Translations under genes and position numbers: made by a program | Part shown: positions 9,135-17,761 of the stretch, piece after piece | Numbering within the stretch: position 1 is the stretch's first letter | How the letters are laid out: each line of letters opens with the position of its first letter | The notes under the pieces: generated by a model | Seen by the model: only the letters and a program-made list of their open reading frames with translations | Database searches by the model: none | Told to the model about the DNA's origin: nothing | NCBI GenBank assembly: GCA_031400935.1 | Contig: JANNQV010000017.1 | Coordinates: forward strand, 124,001 to 145,470 | Length of the DNA: 21,470 bases | Direction of reading: 5' to 3' | Origin: Armatimonadota bacterium | GTDB taxonomy: Bacteria > Armatimonadota > Fimbriimonadia > Fimbriimonadales > Fimbriimonadaceae

Positions 9135-9872
9135 ATGAGCAATCCCGTAATGAGAGATGGTTACTTTGATAGCGAATATGCCGATTCCGTCGGTCCGGCA
9201 ATGACATTGGACGGCACCGTCCAAAAGATCTGCATTTTGTTTTTGATTGTTTTAGCAAGCGCGTTGCTGGGCTGGGTTGTGCCTATCATGCCTGCTGCAA
9301 TCGGCGCTTCAGTTTTAATGATCGTCTTGAGCCTTGTTATCTGCTTTAAGCCAACCACAGCTCCGACCTTGGCACCGATTCATGGCATCTGCATGGGGTA
9401 CATGGTGGGCGTTATGTCACTGGTCACTGCGGCAATGTTGAAAGACTCAAAGATCGGCGGGCTGGCCATTCCGATCGCAGTAGGAGGCACGCTGGTTACG
9501 TTTGGCGTAATGCTCTTCCTCTATGCGCGACGAATACTGAGGCTCAACGAAACGTGGAAGAACGTGATCATGGGAGCTACTGCCGCCGTAATGCTCACGT
9601 ATTTGTTTACTTTTGCAGCTTCTTTCATGTTTCCGCAGTGGGTCAACGGGCTCGCCATTTACGGCAACGGACCTATTGGAATCGGCTTCTCATGCTTCGT
9701 GATTGGCCTTGCGGCGTTCAATTACCTAGTTGACTTTGACATGATTGACAAGGGCATCGAGAACCGGGCACCAAAGCACATGGAATGGTACGGAGCTTTC
9801 GCTCTTGTCTTTACAACGGTGTGGCTGTACCTCGAAATCCTTAGGCTTTTGCGAAAGCTTTACTCGCGTTGA
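9135..9872 (+). CDS. Bax inhibitor-1/YccA family membrane protein
   Basis: Multiple TM helices, MTLDGTVQK N-terminal motif and C-terminal LVDFDMI..G....APKHMEWYGAF...VWLYLEILRLL. SD GAGGTG. Confidence 0.93.
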   Translation: MSNPVMRDGYFDSEYADSVGPAMTLDGTVQKICILFLIVLASALLGWVVPIMPAAIGASVLMIVLSLVICFKPTTAPTLAPIHGICMGYMVGVMSLVTAAMLKDSKIGGLAIPIAVGGTLVTFGVMLFLYARRILRLNETWKNVIMGATAAVMLTYLFTFAASFMFPQWVNGLAIYGNGPIGIGFSCFVIGLAAFNYLVDFDMIDKGIENRAPKHMEWYGAFALVFTTVWLYLEILRLLRKLYSR

Positions 9873-9994
9873 TTTGTTGGCAGGAAGTGATATCTTACTT
9901 CTAATCTATTCGAGTGTACAAGTAGCTGAAGAACGAGGCTTGGAATTGACGAACCCAATTTCTATTATTGCATTCTGAGGCCTATATTCAAGTG

Positions 9995-10291
9995 TTATTG
10001 TAGGCTAGTGATCACTTCCAAACGAGCCGAAATTTTGACGCCTTCTTTCAAGCTTTCGGCCTTGCGAACGCTGGCTTTGACGGGAACAATGTAGGCTCCG
10101 TCTTTGGGCCAAAGTGCCGTTTTGTACTTGGTTTTGCCGATCTTCACTTCGACCGGAATCATGCCCCAACCGTAGGTCGCCAATTTTTCGATTGCCTTGA
10201 TTTCGCGCGATTCCTTTGCGGGAACTTTGATGAAACACCAAGGGGCAGGTCCTTTCCAGAACCATATTTTGCCAGAGATCTCAACAATCAT
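9995..10291 (-). CDS. DUF1905 domain-containing protein
   Basis: IWFWKGPAPWCFI, GWGMIPVEVKIG, TALWPKDGAYIVPVKASVRKAE. Confidence 0.9.
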   Translation of the reverse strand: MIVEISGKIWFWKGPAPWCFIKVPAKESREIKAIEKLATYGWGMIPVEVKIGKTKYKTALWPKDGAYIVPVKASVRKAESLKEGVKISARLEVITSLQ

Positions 10292-10329
10292 CTTGACAGT
10301 ATAGATTTATGCGCATAATTCCCTCTGCG

Positions 10330-11148
10330 ATGAACGATTCTGACAAGCCCGAAAGTGAAAACACAATCTCAACGATTGGTTCGTTTTTTCGCGCCTCGGA
10401 AAATCGGGGGCTAATCCTTGATCTGTTCGTCTTTCTGATCAATCTGACCGGGATGGGCTACCTGTCTGCTCTCTTTCTCGGCACAATCCAAAAGGCGAAT
10501 TCAGGAGAAAAGGGTGCCGCTTATCTGCTGTTTTCCATGGCGATTGCCATGTTCTGCCTTGCGCCCATCGGGGCGACGCTCAAACGCTGGAGCTTTCATC
10601 AAAGCGTTCATCAGGAGTCAGCCAAGGAGTTCTCAGAAGAGCTCGGCGGGTGCCTGTTCAATCCGATCTTCTATTTCTGCCTGACGGCGGTAATTTTCGC
10701 CTCGATCAACGCCTTTATCTTGCAAACGGTTTACGGGAAAGAGGAGCCAGATGGCGGGGTTTTCGTTTCGTCCATCTTCTTAGGAATCGGGCTGATGATC
10801 GCTCACACTATGCTTGTATACAGGTACTTTTCAGCACCCAAGAAACCGCCTCGGATGGCATTTCTTAAGAGCCCTGTTTCGGCTTTTCTCGGCGATGCCT
10901 GCATCTTTGCCAACATGACACTGTTCCAACTCATTTGGAACCTGATGGGAACGGTGGATTGGCCCCGCCCGACCGGGGTTTGGGACTTCATTTTTCGGTT
11001 TCTGATGCTCTCATTTTTGGCGTTGCTGCTGTACTTCCCGCCGCGCATGTTCTATCTGGCGGGAGAAACGAACAAGGGGAGGACGTGGGCGACGATCTTG
11101 CTGGCGAATTCTCCGATTTTGTTGAGGCTGATGCTGGGGGTGGGGTAG
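10330..11148 (+). CDS. Multi-pass membrane hypothetical protein
   Basis: About 7 hydrophobic segments and an LLYFPPR motif. Start could be 10309 or 10330. Confidence 0.8.
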   Translation: MNDSDKPESENTISTIGSFFRASENRGLILDLFVFLINLTGMGYLSALFLGTIQKANSGEKGAAYLLFSMAIAMFCLAPIGATLKRWSFHQSVHQESAKEFSEELGGCLFNPIFYFCLTAVIFASINAFILQTVYGKEEPDGGVFVSSIFLGIGLMIAHTMLVYRYFSAPKKPPRMAFLKSPVSAFLGDACIFANMTLFQLIWNLMGTVDWPRPTGVWDFIFRFLMLSFLALLLYFPPRMFYLAGETNKGRTWATILLANSPILLRLMLGVG

Positions 11149-11294
11149 CAAGAGGGCAATTGGAACCTGGTGATAGTGGTAGGGCACAGATATTAGATGA
11201 GGTTGACTCTGAAAACCAAAGGCATGGAGTCACAACCCAGACAATCATTTACGAATTGGGAACTCCTGGTGATTTACTTTGGTACTAGTAGAAG

Positions 11295-13373
11295 ATGCAA
11301 GGGTCAGCTTCGGCTTTGTCTGCTAAATCGGAGTTCAGCGCATTGATGAATTTATCCGATCCTCGTTTGTCCTGGCGCATAGCACGAACATTCCTAGCTG
11401 GTTTAGCGGTCAGTGTTACTGCCATAGCGTTGGGCCAGGAAGTTCCAATCGCCTCGAACCCGCCCCAGGACAAGAAGCCGAATTCTTTAGGACCAATCTC
11501 TTTTCGGGCGCACAAGGTTTTGGTGCCCCCGCTGATTGACGGAATTATCGGAACGGAAGAATGGGCAAACGCTTCGACCGCCAGTAGGTTCATGGACAGC
11601 CAACATCGGCCCGAGCAGGGCAAAACGACTTTCTATCTTCAGTACGACGAAAAATTCGTTTACTTTGCGGCGGTAGTCACCGACTCTCATCCGCCGAAGG
11701 CGACGGCAACTGGAACGAACGTCCCGTTCGGAATTGACGACATCTTTGTGTTGCAACTCGATACGTTTGGCGAGGGAAGGTTCGAAGGATATAACTATTG
11801 CTCGATCAATGGCTTGGGAGCCACAAATTTTCGGAAAGCTGGCGGCAGTTCGCAAAAGCGGGAGTGGCGCGGATCGTTCGATGGTGCCGCCAAAATCGGC
11901 CAAGACGGTTGGGCAGTTGAAGCCAAAGTCCCATGGTCTATTTTGCGAGTACCGAAATCTGGCGTCAGGGATCTTCGATTCAATTTTTGTAGAACCGACT
12001 CGATAGCGGAGCACCCTCATTGGTACTTCCTTCCTAAAGAAACCGAAAACGTGAACGGCGCGATTTGGGAGGGGGTTGATGTTCCTACAGTCCAAACGCG
12101 AAATCTCTGGAAGTTTCTGCCCTCAATCAGCGCCATCACTGGAGAAGAGCAATCGAAGGTTATTGCAAGCCTTGATGTGCGCGGGTTTCTGAACGACAAA
12201 TTCGAGTTTTCGGGCGTCCTCTTTCCGGATTTCAGCCTAGTAGGCAGGGCCGCTACCCAGCTCGGGTTTTCTCACTTCGAGATACTCCAACCGGAAACTC
12301 GGCCGCTGTTTCAGGAAGGAAGCGGTTACTTGAATGGTGCGCAAAACATTTTCGTTTCCCAAAGGATTCGGAAGTTTGATTTCGGAGGCCGATTTTACGG
12401 CAGTCCGAATCTGTCCACGCGAATTGGCGTCAGCAACACCTTTGCATTCAATGGCGAAACGACGTTAGCGGCAAGTCTTTCGGCCAATCAGGGTCCAAAC
12501 CAGAGTTTCTCGCTTGGCTTCGCGTCTCTGATGAGCCCTTCGCAGCCAAGCAACCACGCAATGTCGGCCTCATTTAGCCGCACGAGCGGGGGATGGAATT
12601 TTGGCGCGGAGGGCGCGCTGACGAATGACCAGGAGGCCAAGACGGGAACCCAGCTCAGTTTTTACTCTTCGTATTTTCACGGAGGCTTTTCTGCGAGCGC
12701 TTCCGGCGGGCAGGTTGACGAGAACTTCATGCCGAGACTCGGATTTGTGCCAGAGACCGGGGTTCGAAGGTTTGGGCTTTCAACATCGTACAGCTTTGAC
12801 GCACTAAAGAAATGGCTCACTTCGGGCCACATTAGCGTCTTTCGAGGCGAGACCTGGAAAACGGATGGACAGCTTGCCCATGAATCTACTTCCGCTTTTG
12901 GATACATCGGAATCAAGAAGACGCTTTCACTTGGCGTTGATGCTTCAAGCGGTTCATTCGACGGAATTGGAGAGCGGAGGTACGGTTTTTTCCTTAGCTT
13001 TCCAAACTCGAACGCACCATGGTCGGTCTCTTTGAACAATTCGATTTCCAAGTTTGGCGACGTCGACACCGATCTTCGGTCGGCAAATGTAAGCTACACC
13101 GAACCTGGGAGTCGCTGGGCGATTTCGGGCGGCGCGACGCAATACACGGCGAAAGAGGTTTTCAGGCAGCGTCACCTTTCGTTCGCGTACAAGCTGGGTT
13201 CTTATGACAACCTCTCTCTCAGCATGTTGAATGACCAAGGCCAAACAAACTTTTCAATCCAATATGCGAGGCACAACAATGAGGGCGCCGAGTATTGGTT
13301 CTCGTTCGGCGACCCTAGTGCTGCAAAGTTCAAGCCGACCATCATTGCTCGCGTCGCGTTCCCAATTAAGTAG
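11295..13373 (+). CDS. CBM9/DOMON-like sugar-binding domain plus DUF5916-type outer-membrane beta-barrel
   Basis: PPLIDGIIGTEEW, YDEKFVYFAA, GWAVEAKVPWSILR, PDFS, PETRPLFQEG, FVSQRI and FMPRLGF, followed by amphipathic beta strands. The true start may be 11346. Confidence 0.85.
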   Translation: MQGSASALSAKSEFSALMNLSDPRLSWRIARTFLAGLAVSVTAIALGQEVPIASNPPQDKKPNSLGPISFRAHKVLVPPLIDGIIGTEEWANASTASRFMDSQHRPEQGKTTFYLQYDEKFVYFAAVVTDSHPPKATATGTNVPFGIDDIFVLQLDTFGEGRFEGYNYCSINGLGATNFRKAGGSSQKREWRGSFDGAAKIGQDGWAVEAKVPWSILRVPKSGVRDLRFNFCRTDSIAEHPHWYFLPKETENVNGAIWEGVDVPTVQTRNLWKFLPSISAITGEEQSKVIASLDVRGFLNDKFEFSGVLFPDFSLVGRAATQLGFSHFEILQPETRPLFQEGSGYLNGAQNIFVSQRIRKFDFGGRFYGSPNLSTRIGVSNTFAFNGETTLAASLSANQGPNQSFSLGFASLMSPSQPSNHAMSASFSRTSGGWNFGAEGALTNDQEAKTGTQLSFYSSYFHGGFSASASGGQVDENFMPRLGFVPETGVRRFGLSTSYSFDALKKWLTSGHISVFRGETWKTDGQLAHESTSAFGYIGIKKTLSLGVDASSGSFDGIGERRYGFFLSFPNSNAPWSVSLNNSISKFGDVDTDLRSANVSYTEPGSRWAISGGATQYTAKEVFRQRHLSFAYKLGSYDNLSLSMLNDQGQTNFSIQYARHNNEGAEYWFSFGDPSAAKFKPTIIARVAFPIK

Positions 13374-13522
13374 GTTGCGATTGGGGTATTGAAGAAAGTG
13401 ATCTTGATCAGGCGGGAGGTTCGGGAAAACGAATTCCAAGCGGGGAATTAACCATGTAACTCACCGATTTTGGTGAGGCTGATGTGGTGATCAGCAATGC
13501 GTATTTGACACGAAAAACCTTC

Positions 13523-14029
13523 TTATTTTAATGGCCATGTTTTAAGAGCCATGAGTTCGTTTTCTCGCTTCGTTCCGTTCGCGACGAGCCATTTCTTGAT
13601 CGCTTCTGAGGTCGAACTGCCGTAGATTCGATGGCTGTAAACCAAAGATGCGCCTAATCCCTGCAGCAATCGAAAGCGGGCAAACGCGGCTTCGGAAAAG
13701 GTAGGGCGCACAAAAAAGACCGCCACAAAATGCTCGGCTTCGCGCGATGCGGTTTGAGGAACAGAGTTCGTGCGCATTGCCGTTGCTCCGGCAGTTTTAT
13801 AGTTTTCCAAAACGGCATTCGCGATTTTGGCTAGGCCATCCCAATCCCGGACACCTTTGTATAGGTTCAAAGTCAACATATCGCCAAACTTGTTCAGGTC
13901 AAGCTGGTCCTTCGGGGTGAATTCGTGCAGGTCTCCTTGCGAGAATCGGTGGACGTAGGCCTTCCCCGCAAACGTGAAGGTTTTCGGGGGGCAGAGAAGT
14001 ATTGTTCCAAGTACGAGACTAGTGATCAC
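13523..14029 (-). CDS. Exported hypothetical protein
   Basis: GTG start, signal-like N-terminus, 168 aa, with YVHRFS..DLHEFTP and VYSHRIYG motifs. Confidence 0.8.
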   Translation of the reverse strand: MITSLVLGTILLCPPKTFTFAGKAYVHRFSQGDLHEFTPKDQLDLNKFGDMLTLNLYKGVRDWDGLAKIANAVLENYKTAGATAMRTNSVPQTASREAEHFVAVFFVRPTFSEAAFARFRLLQGLGASLVYSHRIYGSSTSEAIKKWLVANGTKRENELMALKTWPLK

Positions 14030-14089
14030 CGTTCAATTATGATGCAGTTTGAACGTTTCGCACGCCCGCAAAGCGAAACCGAGCAGCCA

Positions 14090-14572
14090 TCAGAAATGCA
14101 CATTCTGATCGCCCCAGCATGTTTGCAAGTAGTCAATCTGCGCGGCATGGGAAAAGGCATGCGTTCCAGGCAAATTCATAAGGGTTGTCATCGGCAAGGA
14201 CCAGCCCAGCGAAGTATCAAGAGAAGAGCCGATCAGTTCGGGGGTAACAGTATCAAGGGCAGCGATCACCTCGTCCGTGTTCTTGCGGAACAGGCTCTCC
14301 ATCTCGGCACGGCTGGTTAACGCAGCCGCTGCAACATCTATTCGCGCCACAAAATCGGGTATTTCATCGCCGGATGGTAGCTTCCGATCGCGAATCATCA
14401 TTGCAAAGATGCCGGCATAGAGCGCAGTGTGCGCAGCAATCCGGATGGCAGACTTTGCAGTCGGCGACGGCGTCCAACTCAGCTTGTCGTCCGGTACAAA
14501 CGAAAGCGTCTTCAAGAATTGCTCCATTCCCCCAACTGCGCTCTCTTTACATGAAGTAACAAGCTCTTTCAA
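14090..14572 (-). CDS. DinB/YfiT family protein
   Basis: VPDDKLSWTPSPTAKS...AAH and C-terminal HAFSHAAQIDY (metal-binding His triad pattern). TTG start with AAGGA upstream. Confidence 0.9.
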   Translation of the reverse strand: MKELVTSCKESAVGGMEQFLKTLSFVPDDKLSWTPSPTAKSAIRIAAHTALYAGIFAMMIRDRKLPSGDEIPDFVARIDVAAAALTSRAEMESLFRKNTDEVIAALDTVTPELIGSSLDTSLGWSLPMTTLMNLPGTHAFSHAAQIDYLQTCWGDQNVHF

Positions 14573-14612
14573 TTGTGTAATCCTTACGAATGATTTCGAA
14601 TCAGTTGTATTT

Positions 14613-14771
14613 CGGTTGCACGACTAACAGCTTGTGCAACCGCACCGATTAAGCTGAATCGTACCTGTCCTACGATGCATTGTGACTAGGACCTGTGATC
14701 CCTATCTGAGTGCCTCGGCGGCGGAACGTCCTGATTCGCGCCACCCCATGACCTGCGCCGGATAGGCACCC
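14613..14771. other. Structured intergenic region with three stem-loops
   Basis: CGGTTGCAC/GTGCAACCG (14613-14642), GTCCTA/TAGGAC (14667-14692), and GTGCCT-CGGCG/CGCCG-gat-AGGCAC (14710-14769). Confidence 0.5.
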
Positions 14772-14774
14772 GTC

Positions 14775-15854
14775 TCATTTTGGCCGAGACTCGATAGCAA
14801 CAGTCATCTGGATCATTTCTGGCCCTTTGGGCACCTCGCTCACCATCACACCGCGGATGGAATGAAGCTCACTACTTTGTAGAGGATATCGCAACACGAT
14901 ATCCAGTTTTCCGGAGTAGCCGGAACGGCCGCGATTATCCAATTCGAAGGTTACGTCACCCTTTACCAAAAGGTACCGGAAGTCGTCGTCCTTGCCCGCT
15001 GGCGAAGCGATGAGCTTTCCGGTGATCTTTGCAAATCCCCCAAATCCGTCCATGATCGCCGGTGGATACATCTGCTCCAACCAGGGCTGGATGTCGGCGA
15101 TCTTGATCTCGTGCTCTTGGCTAGAATAGCTCAACGATTTCCGCAGCGCATCCGTCATCGGCACGACTTCCACAGTCGGCGTTCGATAGTGGTTTAGCCG
15201 GTTTGAACCAAACGTCAGATAGAGTCGCACGCCAGCGGGCTGGCCCTCGCCGATCACGTCGGGAAGGTTCAGTTTTGGCTGAGTTTGGATTTTCGGCAAA
15301 GGCAAATCCTTGAGGAGCGAATCCAACTGGGACTTGAAGCTGCGGCCCTGAGCAGCCGGATCGAATTGAAAGGCGGGCGGCTGAACGAATGGCACCGTTG
15401 AGCGCAAGAGCTTCCCTTTCTCATCTACTACGGTAAGGGCGAGATTGATGTGATTCGTCCCGAAATTCGCTTGGTCATAGACAGCGCGGACATCGGACGG
15501 CATGTCAGAGATCGTTCGCCCGCTCCACCAGGTTACGATGAATGGTCTCAGAACATCGAGCGACTCGGGCCAAGCGAGGGAACTCCCCCGCACATGATCC
15601 ATATTCGCTCATGTATGCCCGGAGAAAAAGTTTGTCCCCGCCGAAATGTTAGTATTGAGAATCAAAAGGATTGGCCGATGTTCCTTGGAGGCTCGCTGCT
15701 TCGCTTCGGATAGGCTCATTGCCCAATCCAAGGTGAAGAATCCAAGCTGCTCGCGGCCCGGCTTTGCCGCGGCAAAGAGGTCGAGCACACGCTGAACCGG
15801 CTCGGGAGTACCCGAGGATGCGATTGCAAGCATGGTGACGATGGCGGTAATCAT
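14775..15854 (-). CDS. Candidate selenoprotein: exported SELENON(SelN)-like thioredoxin-fold protein, 359 aa with Sec at codon 82 (UGA 15609-15611)
   Basis: Two ORFs in one frame joined by GHT-TGA-AN-MDHVR. The sequence around the UGA matches the SELENON Trx-like region by eye, a SECIS-like hairpin follows, and the N-terminus is signal-peptide-like. Confidence 0.78.
15567..15600 (-). promoter_or_regulatory. Putative bacterial SECIS element
   Basis: Upper stem GCGGGGG/CCCUCGC (15591-15574; 6 GC + 1 GU pairs) with loop AGUU, separated from the UGA by 24 nt. Imperfect lower stem GGAUCA/UGGCCC. Confidence 0.65.
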
Positions 15855-16038
15855 GCCCTAATGTTACTGGTTCCTTATGTGAATTCTGTGAGGAAACGGC
15901 GATGGGTGGTCAGGACAAACCCCAATTGACTCTCTACCATTGCTTCGCATGAGGGTAAAGGGATGAACAATCAACTACACAATTCGCGTCGTTTGGGAAC
16001 ACTTTTACGTATAGACCAGTGTCAATACAGAGATTCAA

Positions 16039-16272
16039 ATGAATACAAAGCTGTACCTACTCACCCTCATTGCCGTTGTTATTGTTGGCTGCACCCCAGC
16101 CGAGAAGGCGCCGGAAGCATCTGCAAGCAATCCCACCGTTAGCAACACCGCGTCACAGACGGAGGAAAAAGGAAAGTGCGAGGGTTGCGGTGCTGAGGTC
16201 GCGAAAGCCGAACTTGCGTCTCACGAAGGCAAAATGACGTGCAAAGATTGCATTGCCGCGCACAATCATTGA
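16039..16272 (+). CDS. Small lipoprotein with CxxC-x16-CxxC metal-binding motif and HxH tail
   Basis: Lipobox IVGC, low-complexity linker, CEGC...CKDC, ending in AAHNH. Confidence 0.85.
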   Translation: MNTKLYLLTLIAVVIVGCTPAEKAPEASASNPTVSNTASQTEEKGKCEGCGAEVAKAELASHEGKMTCKDCIAAHNH

Positions 16273-16344
16273 GACTAATGGGGAGCCTGATTTCTTCCTG
16301 AGACGGGTGCAATGATCTGTCAAGTTCACACGCCCTGCCACACC

Positions 16345-17187
16345 CTAATACTGTCGCCAGTCTAAACTAACGACGCTATGAGCAAGCGATGGCCTGAGCT
16401 GGTTGTTAGAAAACTCTTTAGGCTTGGATGCAAGCCGCTGAAAGATGCGAAAGTCGTAGTTGTCTCGCGTATCCTCAGCCGGAATGCCCATATAATTCGC
16501 GAACTCAATCCAGTTCGGGCCTGCGTCTTCGTGCACCGAATTCAGATAGATAAGCGTAGCATGTTCGGGTTGCACTTTGGTGAGAACGGCTTGGCAGTAT
16601 TCCGCCAGGCTCTTGATCTTATCGGTCGCCCTCGACTGGCCGAAGAAATAGGAAAAAACGAAGACAAGGCCCTTGGCGCCATCTGCGAATTCTACGATGG
16701 CGGGCACGTCGGCAAGGTTCCAATCCTTAGCGTATGTCGTCTTAAACTTCTCGCCGAATACGGGGCAAGCTTCAAACTCGGCAGCCAGTTCGAGCACATA
16801 GTCGTTATCGTCAATGCCCAAATATCGAGCGTCAAGCGGCGCTCCGGAGAATTCGTTTGTTAGAGTTCCGAGGGCTAAACCCGCGATCAAAGGCCCGCAA
16901 CCGAAATCAACGATGAGGAGCTTGCCATTGTGGTCGAGGATGCCCTCTTGGAACAACTTTCGGTTCAACGAGAGGACGTGCTTCATCGCGTCATGGTGGC
17001 TGAGCACGTAGCAATACGCATAGTAACGCGCCATCAGCAGACTATCGCTCTCCCGGCGTCCTTGATCCAGAACGACCGACAGTAGGTGCCGGTCAAAATC
17101 TTTGCCGTGCCTTTCGAGGAGTTTCTGGGTCTCCTCGCACTTCCGCAAAGGTTTGAGAATGGCTTCCTCAATGAACTTGACAATCAC
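16345..17187 (-). CDS. Class I SAM-methyltransferase-like protein
   Basis: IVDFGCGP (motif I), YLGIDD (motif II), FVFSYFF and LIYLN. Confidence 0.75.
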   Translation of the reverse strand: MIVKFIEEAILKPLRKCEETQKLLERHGKDFDRHLLSVVLDQGRRESDSLLMARYYAYCYVLSHHDAMKHVLSLNRKLFQEGILDHNGKLLIVDFGCGPLIAGLALGTLTNEFSGAPLDARYLGIDDNDYVLELAAEFEACPVFGEKFKTTYAKDWNLADVPAIVEFADGAKGLVFVFSYFFGQSRATDKIKSLAEYCQAVLTKVQPEHATLIYLNSVHEDAGPNWIEFANYMGIPAEDTRDNYDFRIFQRLASKPKEFSNNQLRPSLAHSVVSLDWRQY

Positions 17188-17349
17188 ATTCCTATTGTGT
17201 CAGATTGGGGAGCAAGTGGCCTGTCCGAGTGTTTTACCAATCCTTTTTTTTCGCTTACAAGGGCGGAAACGTCGAGCAGTTTTTGTACGGCGAATAGGGA
17301 AAATATGGCTGGAAAAGGCAATTGGAGTCGAGGGTACAAATCAAATCCC

Positions 17350-17661
17350 TTACCTGAATTTCCAATAATGAACTGCAATTGCAGCAAAAATGAGAAGCGC
17401 AAGAGGAATATAGGTTATGAGCTTGATCGTGTTCGTGAAGTCTGAAACTTTTGGATCACGCTTCATTCCGATGGGGCAGGCGATAATTGAAGCCAAAACG
17501 CTCAGGGATGCCAGTACTAAGTCGGCTAGGTCGTTTTTGACAAAGAACATAGCAATGGTTGAGGCTAGACTTGTATAAACAAGCAAATCAGCAAGCTTGA
17601 TTCCCAACCACTCGCGGAGCTCTGCATTGCGCCTTTCGGCATCATCAATTTCATGAGACAC
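17350..17661 (-). CDS. Small membrane protein (3 TM)
   Basis: GTG start and three hydrophobic segments. Confidence 0.75.
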   Translation of the reverse strand: MSHEIDDAERRNAELREWLGIKLADLLVYTSLASTIAMFFVKNDLADLVLASLSVLASIIACPIGMKRDPKVSDFTNTIKLITYIPLALLIFAAIAVHYWKFR

Positions 17662-17761
17662 CTTAGTATGATAACGTATCCAAACGAGGAAGTCAAGATT
17701 TTAGGCTGAAGAATGAATTGTTGGCGATTGGCGTGGACCCCGATCAGTGTCTGTTGAGAAA

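Noticed and set aside
11487..12095. Long antisense or alternate-frame ORFs (e.g. 11487-12095, 3342-3857, 16378-16863, 17852-18307, 20826-21338)
   Set aside because: They overlap well-supported genes and show no recognisable motifs, so they are treated as shadow ORFs.
13374..13522. Small hairpins between convergent genes as an ncRNA
   Set aside because: Stems are only about 6 bp and match no RNA family I recognise; at most weak termination signals.
14613..14665. Integron attC site upstream of the DinB gene (minus-strand GTTAGTC core-like sequence)
   Set aside because: No complementary AAC core upstream on that strand, no attC after the DinB stop, no repeated sites and no integrase.
16207..16272. 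c-type cytochrome call for the small lipoprotein
   Set aside because: The motifs are CEGCG and CKDCI, not CxxCH.
14766..16310. 12-mer TGAGACGGGTGC in inverted orientation (14777-14766 minus and 16299-16310 plus) flanking the Sec gene and lipoprotein
   Set aside because: It could hint at terminal repeats, but it is short, has no evident target duplication and no transposase, so chance cannot be excluded.
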